Source: a virus (lineage: Duplodnaviria > Caudoviricetes). Taken from it: a DNA stretch of 33,302 nt. Of the stretch, positions 1 to 8,383 are shown piece by piece; position 1 is the stretch's first letter; each line of letters opens with the position of its first letter. The stretch lies in the IMG/VR virus record IMGVR_UViG_3300009661_000081, positions 1-33,302 of that record; one strand, 5' to 3'. The translations under genes were made by a program, and so were the position numbers. The notes under the pieces were generated by a model, which saw nothing but the letters and a program-made list of their open reading frames with translations, was not told the DNA's origin and searched no databases.

Positions 1-1236
1 TCAGCCAGCTACCGCTGGTTCATCTGGACGAAACCCCATCATCTGCGAAACGAGGCCTGCAAGGCTTTTTGTATCGCTGGGAATCCATCGCCCGTAGTGC
101 TTCTTCACCATTGTGGTATCGGTGTGCCCTAGTTGTCGAGCAACCCATTCAACGGGCACATAACTCGACAGCGCCTGGCTGGCGAATGTGTGGCGGCATT
201 GGTTGGGGCCTCGATGCCGGACCCCGACGGACTTGAGGTGGTTCGCGAACCATCTACCAACACTTGATGCGTGCCAGGGTTCGCCACTTTGCCCGTTACG
301 GAACACAAAGCGAACATTCTCCTTCTTGATGCTGATGTTATCCCGCTGCACGACCGTTATCGAGACGGGCGGCAGGGCGCTGGTGATTGCATGCTGCGCG
401 CGCAGATAGGTAAGCGCCGGATCAATCAGCTCAACCCGCCTTGCGCGACTCTTCTCTTTCGGGATCTTGTATTCCGTTTCTACCCGTGCACGACGCACCA
501 TAATCGTGCCTCCCTCCAGATCCACGTCATCCCACCCCAAGGCAATAAGCTCAGAAACAGACAGCCCCGCCCAGCAGTCGAACAGAATCATATTGATGTC
601 CTGCTGGCGAGCTACCTTTATCTTGCTCAGTGCATCCATCTCTTCCCGGGTGAATGGGTCGGCGCTGTCTTCGTCGGTATCCCGCTCGATATTCTTGATG
701 CGCTCTAGCGGATTCGCCCGTATAGCGCCGTCGGCATAGGCATCACCCCAGACCCCGCGAACAACGGTGAATATGTCGTTCACTGTTTTAGGTGACAGCC
801 CCTGCTTTAATAGGTGCGCCTGGAACAACTCCAAATCGCTTTTGTTAACGTCCGCTATTCGCTGCTTACCAAACCTGGCTGTGACGTGATTCGCTTTGTA
901 CTGGTAATTGCGACTGGTGCTGGTGGCCTTCTTTGCAAGCTGGACCTCCATCCAGCGCTCAACGCCGTCGACAACAGTGCGTTTCGAGTCGCCGCCAGCG
1001 CGACCAGACAATGCTGCGGCCCGGGCGGAATCGGGGAAGTGGGCTAGATAATCGAACCGCCCCTCCTTTATCTCTGACAGGATCGTCTGGCGCTTGTTGC
1101 TGGCATAGGCGATGGACGCTTTGTTGATCTTGACGACGCCGGTCAGCGGCTCCTTGCACCGCTGACCGTTTAAATAGAACGATATGCGCAGCAGATTCCC
1201 CTGGATCTCGACACCTACTGGCAATTTCTCGGTCAT
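1..1236 (-). CDS. int: Tyrosine integrase with N-terminal Arm DNA-binding (DUF3596-like) domain
   Basis: RHTFAS, LGH, HYGRW C-terminal motifs; LPVGVE N-terminus; ATG 1236 overlaps the xis stop (ATGA). Confidence 0.93.
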   Translation of the reverse strand: MTEKLPVGVEIQGNLLRISFYLNGQRCKEPLTGVVKINKASIAYASNKRQTILSEIKEGRFDYLAHFPDSARAAALSGRAGGDSKRTVVDGVERWMEVQLAKKATSTSRNYQYKANHVTARFGKQRIADVNKSDLELFQAHLLKQGLSPKTVNDIFTVVRGVWGDAYADGAIRANPLERIKNIERDTDEDSADPFTREEMDALSKIKVARQQDINMILFDCWAGLSVSELIALGWDDVDLEGGTIMVRRARVETEYKIPKEKSRARRVELIDPALTYLRAQHAITSALPPVSITVVQRDNISIKKENVRFVFRNGQSGEPWHASSVGRWFANHLKSVGVRHRGPNQCRHTFASQALSSYVPVEWVARQLGHTDTTMVKKHYGRWIPSDTKSLAGLVSQMMGFRPDEPAVAG

Positions 1237-1448
1237 GGCTTCCCTTCCATCCAAACTTCAATGGCCTTGCGGCTGTAAACGATTCGGTTTGCCGGGTCTT
1301 TGCGCCAGTGCTTGCCCTCCAGCCATAGGCCGCCAGAGCGATACTTGCGTGCCGCCTCGGTACTTATGCCGAAGATTGGCATAAGTAGTTCTTGGCGAAA
1401 CCACGCGCCAGGGTGTGTCTGGTACTCAATTTTCTGGGCTGCTGCCAT
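1233..1448 (-). CDS. xis: Excisionase
   Basis: 71-aa basic winged-helix-like protein (WLEGKHWRK..RIVYSRKAIEVW) coupled to int. Confidence 0.8.
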   Translation of the reverse strand: MAAAQKIEYQTHPGAWFRQELLMPIFGISTEAARKYRSGGLWLEGKHWRKDPANRIVYSRKAIEVWMEGKP

Positions 1449-1500
1449 GATGGATTCCTCTGCTTGCTTGAAGGTGCCGCCCTATGGCGGCAGAAGGTGG

Positions 1501-1824
1501 TTAATCGATCCGGTAGTACACGTAGCAATCGACGCCCTGGGCCGTGAGCGACTTATGCATGGCTTGAACTCCGACGCTATGTTGGTTGCCTTGGCCCGAC
1601 CAGGGCGTATCCAAGTGCAAACCCTGCTGGTGGTAGCCGTGCCTTTTCTGGATGTATCCGGGGAGACCATGTTCAGTGTCGGCGCGCACGCCGGGGATCG
1701 GGATAACCACGCGATCAAGGTTCGCGCTACCGCCGTCATTAGTGCAGGCAGCAGCGGCAGCCTTGCCAGCCTGGATAGCGATCTCGACCTTTGGGCCGCG
1801 CGCCGCAAGTTCTTCTTTTGTCAT
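1501..1824 (-). CDS. Hypothetical phage protein
   Basis: GAGGA SD; in operon orientation. Confidence 0.65.
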   Translation of the reverse strand: MTKEELAARGPKVEIAIQAGKAAAAACTNDGGSANLDRVVIPIPGVRADTEHGLPGYIQKRHGYHQQGLHLDTPWSGQGNQHSVGVQAMHKSLTAQGVDCYVYYRID

Positions 1825-1888
1825 GGCAATACGATTCCTCGCCCGCCGATTGGCAGGCTGCTGGTTGTTATAGGAGGAGAGGGGGGAA

Positions 1889-2356
1889 TCAGCGTTTCAT
1901 GAACGTGATCCAGTGAGTTTTCTCGCGCTTGCCAGACTTGTGGCCAAACAACGGCTGCTCATCAGTCAGGGCAAGAATTTCACTGCAACGGATCTGCGTT
2001 TCGTTCCATTTGAAGATCAGGAACTGGCCCGGGCGAAGAACGCGGAAGCACTCAGCGAAGCCTTTACGAAGATCGTCGCGCCAGTCATCTGTGAGAATTC
2101 CGTACTTCAGCCTGAGCCAGCTTTCGCGCCCTGCGCGCACCAGGTGCGGCGGATCGAACACCACCATGTTGAAGCTGGCGTCAGGGAAGGGCAGTTGCCG
2201 GAAGTCCATGATGACGTCCGGCTCAACCTTCAGTACCCGGCCGTCACACAACACATGCTCTTCATCGCGGATGTCGCCGAACAGCGCACGCTGGTCCTGC
2301 TTGTCGAACCACATCATTCGACTGGCGCTGCAGGGGTCGAGAACTTGTGCATTCAT
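1889..2356 (-). CDS. Small phage SAM-dependent methyltransferase
   Basis: VLDPC motif I, FDPPH motif IV-like, ECFRVLRPG; start MNAQ chosen. Confidence 0.8.
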   Translation of the reverse strand: MNAQVLDPCSASRMMWFDKQDQRALFGDIRDEEHVLCDGRVLKVEPDVIMDFRQLPFPDASFNMVVFDPPHLVRAGRESWLRLKYGILTDDWRDDLRKGFAECFRVLRPGQFLIFKWNETQIRCSEILALTDEQPLFGHKSGKREKTHWITFMKR

Positions 2357-2414
2357 TTCTTCGGCCCCCGGTAAATGTTCCATGCCATGAACAGAATTGC
2401 GTAGACGGGGATGA

Positions 2415-2909
2415 TCATGGCGTCACCTCTGAGTCCTCTGGAATATCCTCGAACTTGTAAGTCTTGATGACGCGCTCTTCGACGCCCGAGACCTTGATGA
2501 ATTTGGCCTCTTCAACCCATGGGTATGCGTCTGGCTCGCCGTGCTTGCCTCCGCCGCTCATCTCACAAAAGGCGAGAGCACGGCCATCGGGCAGGATGAA
2601 GGCCTTCACATCGACCTCGTAGTTGCGCCCCCAGCTGTAGTGGCACCAAGACGGAACTCCAGGGGCGCCAACTGCGCTGTAACGCCCCTCGTTCACCGCA
2701 TCATCGTGCGAACTCTCATCATAAAGCTGATCCAGATCCTCGCCGGACATGGACGCCAAATCTTCAAGCGTAACGAGCCCATTTGGTGCGTCGCGCAGAC
2801 TGTCGTACTTGTAGCCGAAAGCATCGATTCCGTGATGCATCACCAGTAGCTTGGCCACCTGGCTTGCCGTGAGGTTGTTCAGTGCGTGGTGGATGTTTGC
2901 ATCGAGCAT
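2415..2909 (-). CDS. Hypothetical acidic phage protein
   Basis: AAGGAG SD; 164-aa ORF. Confidence 0.7.
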   Translation of the reverse strand: MLDANIHHALNNLTASQVAKLLVMHHGIDAFGYKYDSLRDAPNGLVTLEDLASMSGEDLDQLYDESSHDDAVNEGRYSAVGAPGVPSWCHYSWGRNYEVDVKAFILPDGRALAFCEMSGGGKHGEPDAYPWVEEAKFIKVSGVEERVIKTYKFEDIPEDSEVTP

Positions 2910-2996
2910 AGGGGCTCCTTGCCGCTATAGCGGCTGAGATGGTGGCTTTTTAGTTTGTCTATGCGAAGATCCGCCGCTAATTTCTAAGGAGCGGAT

Positions 2997-3341
2997 ATGA
3001 AAGATATGAAATGGACAGAGCATCTGAGCGTTATAAGCTCCGCAGCATCCATCACCGGTGTATCTCTTGTATGGCTGCAGGCTTTAACTAAGGAGGCCAA
3101 CTTTATGACGGCCATCTTTGGCGGTGTGGCTAGCGTCGTAGGGGCTCTTTTTTCTATTGGATCCTTGGTCGTTGCCATCCAGCTATTCGCGCTTGGTCAT
3201 CGCTACTTCAGGTCTCGCTTTCCAGGGGCAGTTCCTGCTTATTGGCTTTTTGGGGGAGCCGTCACGATATGGGCAGAGTTTCTGCTTCAGGTTGTTATTT
3301 GGTGGTTCGTCAAAGATGCTTGGGCTACCCGGTTCTCGTGA
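2997..3341 (+). CDS. Moron: small protein with about three transmembrane segments
   Basis: TAAGGAG SD, hydrophobic stretches, antisense to flanking operon, AT-richer. Confidence 0.75.
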   Translation: MKDMKWTEHLSVISSAASITGVSLVWLQALTKEANFMTAIFGGVASVVGALFSIGSLVVAIQLFALGHRYFRSRFPGAVPAYWLFGGAVTIWAEFLLQVVIWWFVKDAWATRFS

Positions 3342-3374
3342 TCAGTAATTAGCAGGAGTGCAGACACACCCTTG

Positions 3375-3998
3375 TCAGGACTGCGGAACTTCGGTATGCC
3401 GACGGAAGCCCATCGAATAGATCAGCTCTGCCCGGTTCTGGCCGATGCCGTCGATGCGCTTCAGCCAGACGATTGACTCGTCTCGGGATGCCACCGATAC
3501 CGGCGCGGGCTGCTCGGCAGTGAGTGGGTTTGGCGAATAGCGCAAGGCAGACTTGTATGCAGCATCAAGCGCATCATCCAAATCACCGCCATTCTTCTTG
3601 GTCTCGTTGAAGGCAATGATCATCTTCGCGCGAACGTCGTAGCAGCGCTCAACCGGCATACAAGCTACCTGCACATCCTGTGGCCTGGTCAACTGATCAA
3701 TTCGCTCATCCGCTGCGGTCAGGCGCTGTTGCAGCTCGTTGATTTTGAGCTGCTGCGTGTTCCAGGCCCGGCCGACATTGCTGCATTCCTCCGGCGATTC
3801 CTGCGCACAGTGAGGGCATATAGCGTCGTTGTAGTCGCCGGTATCGGCTATCGCATCACCGCCACCGCACTGAAAGCTGGGGTAGACAACCCCGCACCCC
3901 TGGCACTCGACAATGAAATAACCGCCAGTGTTGTCGTGAGACACCAGCCCCAGCTTTGCCCGGGCTGTCCTATTTTTGCTGTGACCTTCGCCGCTCAT
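3375..3998 (-). CDS. Hypothetical phage protein with CxxC pairs and coiled coil
   Basis: CQGC and CPHC; ATGA coupling with upstream gene. Confidence 0.7.
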   Translation of the reverse strand: MSGEGHSKNRTARAKLGLVSHDNTGGYFIVECQGCGVVYPSFQCGGGDAIADTGDYNDAICPHCAQESPEECSNVGRAWNTQQLKINELQQRLTAADERIDQLTRPQDVQVACMPVERCYDVRAKMIIAFNETKKNGGDLDDALDAAYKSALRYSPNPLTAEQPAPVSVASRDESIVWLKRIDGIGQNRAELIYSMGFRRHTEVPQS

Positions 3999-4306
3999 AC
4001 AGCCTCCCTCGTTACCAGATCATGGGCATTCACAACCGTCATGCCGAGGCGTTCGGCAATCAGGATTTCCAGGCGGGCGCCTTTCGAATGCTCCCACCCG
4101 GGGAGCGTTGCAACCGTGTCGCAGTCCATCAAAGCCACGATGTCGCGGCGCATGCAGTCGCTCCACGAGGCGCCGTCGGGATTCAATTCGGCGGGGTTGG
4201 TGACTGTGTGCCCGCCGGCGCGCAGGTTGGTGGTCATGGCGTGGAAGGCGGCGAAGTTGAGGCCGGGCAGGCCGGTCATGGGCCCGCTGAGGTAGATGCG
4301 CTTCAT
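3995..4306 (-). CDS. DUF4406 (nucleoside deoxyribosyltransferase-like) protein
   Basis: RIYLSGPMTG..N..AF, NPA, LPGWEHSKGARLE. Confidence 0.85.
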   Translation of the reverse strand: MKRIYLSGPMTGLPGLNFAAFHAMTTNLRAGGHTVTNPAELNPDGASWSDCMRRDIVALMDCDTVATLPGWEHSKGARLEILIAERLGMTVVNAHDLVTREAV

Positions 4307-4578
4307 GCAACCTCCTTGTCATGACCCTGGCAGCCACCGCCGGCGAAATCGAAGCCTTCACACGGCGGCCCGAATGGAAGCACCTCTTTACCCTGGGCCA
4401 GCGCTTCGAGCAGGTGGTCCTTCGCCTCGTCGGCGGTGCATTCACGCCCGTCGACGCGGAACATGCCTTTGAGTTGGCGCTTGCTGAAATCGCGAATTGC
4501 CCCGCGCACGCTTAGGTGAATGTGAAAGGTCCGGCCGTGCGGACCGAAGGGATCAGCCGGTTTGTTTTCTGTGGGCAT
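4303..4578 (-). CDS. Hypothetical phage protein
   Basis: Start MPTENK after GAGGA SD; coupled to DUF4406 gene. Confidence 0.65.
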   Translation of the reverse strand: MPTENKPADPFGPHGRTFHIHLSVRGAIRDFSKRQLKGMFRVDGRECTADEAKDHLLEALAQGKEVLPFGPPCEGFDFAGGGCQGHDKEVA

Positions 4579-4659
4579 GGGGCGTCCTCGCATCATGAAA
4601 TTGATGTGCAAATTTGATTGTTTGGTGGCACATTGCCTGCAAATTATTGGAGAGTTCTT

Positions 4660-4908
4660 ATGTCTGGCGGTCCGACTGCAGTTCACATAAGCCTTGCCGT
4701 GACGGTGGGCGCCTTTTCGGTATCAGCTTTGAGCCTGTACTTCGGGTATTTGCTAATAGATAGTGGAACGGCAGGCCCGGTTTCCATTGACGTTACACAT
4801 GGCGCTACGAAGGTGAACTTCTTCAGTTTTGGTCCAGGCGTTGCATTTGGGCTTTTCGGGGCGGCTATTGCCTGGACGACAGTCAAGACGCTAATCAAAA
4901 AAGGCTAG
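4660..4908 (+). CDS. Moron: small two-TM membrane protein
   Basis: GGAG SD before ATG 4660; two hydrophobic segments; antisense, overlaps MTase 3' end. Confidence 0.6.
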   Translation: MSGGPTAVHISLAVTVGAFSVSALSLYFGYLLIDSGTAGPVSIDVTHGATKVNFFSFGPGVAFGLFGAAIAWTTVKTLIKKG

Positions 4909-6624
4909 CTGTCGAAGAATCCGCATGCCGATCCAACGAACCACCGTGACCGCCTTGCTGTTGCCGATCGCCTTGTAGCGTGGGCCGTCTGGGCATAAAC
5001 CCAGAACCCTGCCGCGCCAAGGAATGCGCGTGTAGTCGTCGGCCATGCCTTGAAGGCGTTCGCACTCGCGGGGAGTGAGTCGACGGACAGCACTGGTGGA
5101 AGACACAACGTTGGGGCCCAGGGATGAGTCTGTGTTGTCGACTTGCTTGCCGTAGTTGCCGGTCAAGGTCTGGGCTACGTCGCGGCATGCGACTATCGGC
5201 TGCCCACGGCCTGTTCCGTCCTCGCTCCCATCGAACCCTTCAGCTTTCAGCGTATGGGTGATGTCGCCGGTGATGCAGACGGCGACCTGGCCGCCGGCGT
5301 TGGCGTGGCTGCCTGAGTGATTCATCGCGCGGAGTGTGGGAGCGATAAACCCGGCATCAGCGCCGTGATCCTTGCAGGAGAAGGCCAGCACCGCGTTCTC
5401 TTGGCCGTTGTTGCGGCCCAGGGCAAAGGCGAGCTCGTCGCTGACGCCCGGGTCTTGCGTGCCATGGACCACCAGTAGGCCCGACTCAGCATCCTGATTG
5501 GTCGCGCTGCCAGCGGCCTTGCCGTTGGCGTTGAGTGTGCCGGCGATCAAGTGCCCTGCCTGGGCGTGGTCGACATCGGCGCCGCCATCTGTGCTGCGCA
5601 GCGCGCCGGCGACCGCAAGAAAGTGACCCGCCGCTGCGCCCTCCGGTCTTCCGCCAGATCCACCACTGTATGCGTTACTTGTGAAGGCTCCGATGACATC
5701 GGGCTGAACAAAGAACGTCTCGCTATCCAGATCGTTGCGGCCTTCATGATGGGTGAGGGTGCCAGCCTTCTCGATGGATCCGGACAGGCGCCCGGCGCCG
5801 AAGGCTGGGATTCCCCCGAACATCGATACAGCAGGCCCGAAGTCGCCTTCGCAGCTCGGGCAGCCATAAGCGCCTAGCTGCTCGGGGAAGACGTATTCAC
5901 ATCCTTCTCCGCACTGGAGCGCAGGGCCGAAAGGAGCTGTTCCGGTAACGTCCTGCCCCTTGCCCCGGCGCGGCGCAGTATCCCGGCGCACGCCTTCTCG
6001 CTCAAAAAGTACCTCGAGGGGATCGAACCCGTCTCGAGCACTTGCGACAACGAACACACGGCGCCGTCGTTGGGCCAAGCCGAAATATTGGGCGTCCAGG
6101 ACCCGCCATGCGATTGTTCTTTTGGGTCCATACACACAACCAGCGTCCTGCCACCGCTTCCCTGGAGGGAGCAGCTCGCAGTCTTCCCCAGCAAGCGCGC
6201 CAAGAAAGCATCCGAAGGCGTTGCCTTTATCGGAGAGGACGCCGGGGACGTTCTCCCAGACGATGACGCTGGCGGGCTTTCGCTGGCCGGCGCGAACATA
6301 GTCAACTGCATCTGCAAGCTCCACGTATTTGATGGTGAGGGCGCCGCGCGGGTCTGTGAGGCCTTCGCGCATACCGGCAACCGAGAAGGCCTGGCATGGG
6401 GTGCCGCCGATCAGCACGTCCGGCGCCGGGATCTTGCCGGCCAGCACCAGGGCGGCCAGCTTCGTCATGTCGCCGTGGTTTGGCACGTTGGGGTAGTGGT
6501 GGGCCAGCACCGCCGATGGGAAAGGCTCAATCTCGGCGAACCAGGCGGCTCGCATGCCCAGCGGGTGCCAGGCTTGAGTTGCAGCCTCAATGCCAGAGCA
6601 AACTGAGCCGTAGGTGATTTCCAT
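4891..6624 (-). CDS. C5-cytosine DNA methyltransferase with enlarged variable region
   Basis: SVCSGI (I), GGTPCQAFS (IV), WENVPG (VI), QRRRRVF (VIII), RRLTPRECERLQG (IX), YKAIGNS (X). Confidence 0.93.
   Translation of the reverse strand: MEITYGSVCSGIEAATQAWHPLGMRAAWFAEIEPFPSAVLAHHYPNVPNHGDMTKLAALVLAGKIPAPDVLIGGTPCQAFSVAGMREGLTDPRGALTIKYVELADAVDYVRAGQRKPASVIVWENVPGVLSDKGNAFGCFLGALAGEDCELLPPGKRWQDAGCVYGPKRTIAWRVLDAQYFGLAQRRRRVFVVASARDGFDPLEVLFEREGVRRDTAPRRGKGQDVTGTAPFGPALQCGEGCEYVFPEQLGAYGCPSCEGDFGPAVSMFGGIPAFGAGRLSGSIEKAGTLTHHEGRNDLDSETFFVQPDVIGAFTSNAYSGGSGGRPEGAAAGHFLAVAGALRSTDGGADVDHAQAGHLIAGTLNANGKAAGSATNQDAESGLLVVHGTQDPGVSDELAFALGRNNGQENAVLAFSCKDHGADAGFIAPTLRAMNHSGSHANAGGQVAVCITGDITHTLKAEGFDGSEDGTGRGQPIVACRDVAQTLTGNYGKQVDNTDSSLGPNVVSSTSAVRRLTPRECERLQGMADDYTRIPWRGRVLGLCPDGPRYKAIGNSKAVTVVRWIGMRILRQLAFFD
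5874..6311 (-). CDS. Probable nested out-of-frame MTase-associated polypeptide (EcoHK31I beta-like)
   Basis: GGAG 7 nt before ATG 6311; C-terminal CSLSQVLETGSIPSRYFLSEKACAGILRRA. Confidence 0.6.
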   Translation of the reverse strand: MQLTMFAPASESPPASSSGRTSPASSPIKATPSDAFLARLLGKTASCSLQGSGGRTLVVCMDPKEQSHGGSWTPNISAWPNDGAVCSLSQVLETGSIPSRYFLSEKACAGILRRAGARGRTLPEQLLSALRSSAEKDVNTSSPSS

Positions 6625-6679
6625 AGAGGGATCCTCGCCGGTATATTGGCGTGAATTTGCGAGCGGTTTGGGGAATCAA

Positions 6680-7501
6680 GTGCAACAAAATCTATTTCAT
6701 TACACTGATGCTTTGGCTATTAAATCAATTCTCGAAAATCGTGAGCTTTGGTTGAGCGATATCCGATTCTTGAATGACTCGCAGGAAATGAATGATGGCG
6801 TCAAATATATTGTTGAGGCACTAGTTTCTGATTTGCCGGATGTTGGGCTTAGTGTCGGTGGCACTCTGTACGCCAGAGATTATCTAATGGAGGCATTTGA
6901 TGATCATATTTCGTACGGTATCGATAGTGAGCCCACATTTGTCTGTTCGTTTAGTGAGGCTGGAAATCAGCTAAGTCAATGGCGCGCATACGGTGGTTAT
7001 GCCATTGAGTTTGATCGGGAATTGATTCAATCTGCACTAGATCTTTTTGTCTGCATTTATAATGACGAAGAAAAAAAGCATGCTGCGTCCTACATGGTGC
7101 GTGAAGCGATCCATGAGCTAGCTTCTGATATTGAGAAGCATGGCGAGGTAAGCCCAGAGGGCGTGATGTGCCTTTCTATGCTGGTGCGTACAGCATCAAT
7201 ATTCAAAGATCAAAGCTTTTATGAAGAAAAAGAAGTTAGATGCGCAGTTGATATTCCTTTGCCAGACTCCGAATTAAAGTTCAGATCACGAGGCGGGCTT
7301 TTGATTCCGTATGTAACTTTGGCCTTTCCATTTGCAGCTATCAAAGCTATTCATGTTGGGCCAATGCGAGACCAAGAGCTTGCGTTCACGTCAATGAAGG
7401 CGCTTGTGTCTAATGTTACGCATGATTTCATATCTAATAGTAATGAGTCGATTTCGGAGATTAATGTTGTAATGTCAAAGATCCCATATCGAGCGCCATA
7501 A
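6680..7501 (+). CDS. Moron: DUF2971-family protein (predicted ADP-ribosyltransferase-like fold)
   Basis: LFHYT, FLND.QE, CSFSE..NQLSQWRAYG, FK..F.EEKEVR, IHVGP; AT-rich, antisense; GTG start inferred. Confidence 0.8.
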   Translation: MQQNLFHYTDALAIKSILENRELWLSDIRFLNDSQEMNDGVKYIVEALVSDLPDVGLSVGGTLYARDYLMEAFDDHISYGIDSEPTFVCSFSEAGNQLSQWRAYGGYAIEFDRELIQSALDLFVCIYNDEEKKHAASYMVREAIHELASDIEKHGEVSPEGVMCLSMLVRTASIFKDQSFYEEKEVRCAVDIPLPDSELKFRSRGGLLIPYVTLAFPFAAIKAIHVGPMRDQELAFTSMKALVSNVTHDFISNSNESISEINVVMSKIPYRAP

Positions 7502-7540
7502 TTCGGTAGACATGGACAGTTAAAATCGCAGAAGGTCTGG

Positions 7541-7931
7541 TTAGGCAGCGGCCAGAGCTTCCTGCTTTGGCGGCCACTCTGAGAAACCAACCTTCGGCGC
7601 CTTGGTTTTCGGATTGAGGATTGGCTTACCCTTGGCGTCAGTCAGTACCGCCTTTGCCCTGATCTTCAGATCACGACAGAGCAAAGTCTTGCGAGCCAAC
7701 TCCATGAACTGCTCGGCGTACTGCGGAGCGTCAAATAGCGGCGAGAGCTGGCGGACCGTACCCCCCCATAATCTTCTCGGTGCGCTTGGCGACCAGCTCC
7801 AGCCATTCAGCCTCCGGGATCGGCTCGACGCCGCCAGGAGCCTTCGGGTTCTTCCGTGTGCCGGCCGTCTTCTTGCGGGCCTCGGTCTTGGCGACATCGA
7901 GGGTCATTCCAAATACTGCGAAGGTGCTCAT
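7541..7931 (-). pseudogene. Phage hypothetical gene split by a frameshift in a G7 run
   Basis: MSTFAVFG...KIMGG joins TVRQLSPLFD... if one G is removed at 7761-7767. Confidence 0.7.
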
Positions 7932-7990
7932 GGATTCTCTCCAGTCAGGCGCCGCCCTCCGGTGATCGGATGCGCAGCGTGGGTAATGGG

Positions 7991-8302
7991 TTATTCGTCG
8001 CTACAGATGCGCAGCGCCTGCCGCTGGTAAGCGATTTCAAGTTTCCGCGCCACGTTTTCGGGTATCACGTAAATGTGGCGCGGCGGGGTAAGGAAGGGCG
8101 CCGATCTTTCGCGGCCGAGAGCGTGTATGTGGTGAAGCATTAGCGTGACCGCCTCGGCCTGCTCAGCAATGCCATGCCACTCCATCAGCTCCTCAAGCAC
8201 AGTTCGTGTCGCGGGCTTCGTCCAAACCCTCAACTCTTCCTCGTCGCCATCCCTGCGCTTTCGAGATGTCTTTGCTGACCTCTCTGCTTGGTTCATCGCC
8301 AT
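7991..8302 (-). CDS. Hypothetical protein, possible ribbon-helix-helix DNA binder
   Basis: AGGAG SD; basic N-terminus then ELRVWT strand and two helices. Confidence 0.65.
   Translation of the reverse strand: MAMNQAERSAKTSRKRRDGDEEELRVWTKPATRTVLEELMEWHGIAEQAEAVTLMLHHIHALGRERSAPFLTPPRHIYVIPENVARKLEIAYQRQALRICSDE
8046..8082. repeat. 37-bp spaced palindrome CGCGCCAC-N21-GTGGCGCG, copy 1
   Basis: Read directly; matches 31665-31701. Confidence 0.85.
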
Positions 8303-8383
8303 AACCTGGCTCCTTCAATCCGCTCGGCGGAAGGTGAAAGTGTTCGGCCCGACGGCGCTGGCGGACCTTTACGCTGATGCGCC

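Noticed and set aside
1-60. att core site
   Set aside because: The window begins at the int stop codon; no flanking sequence or second copy is available
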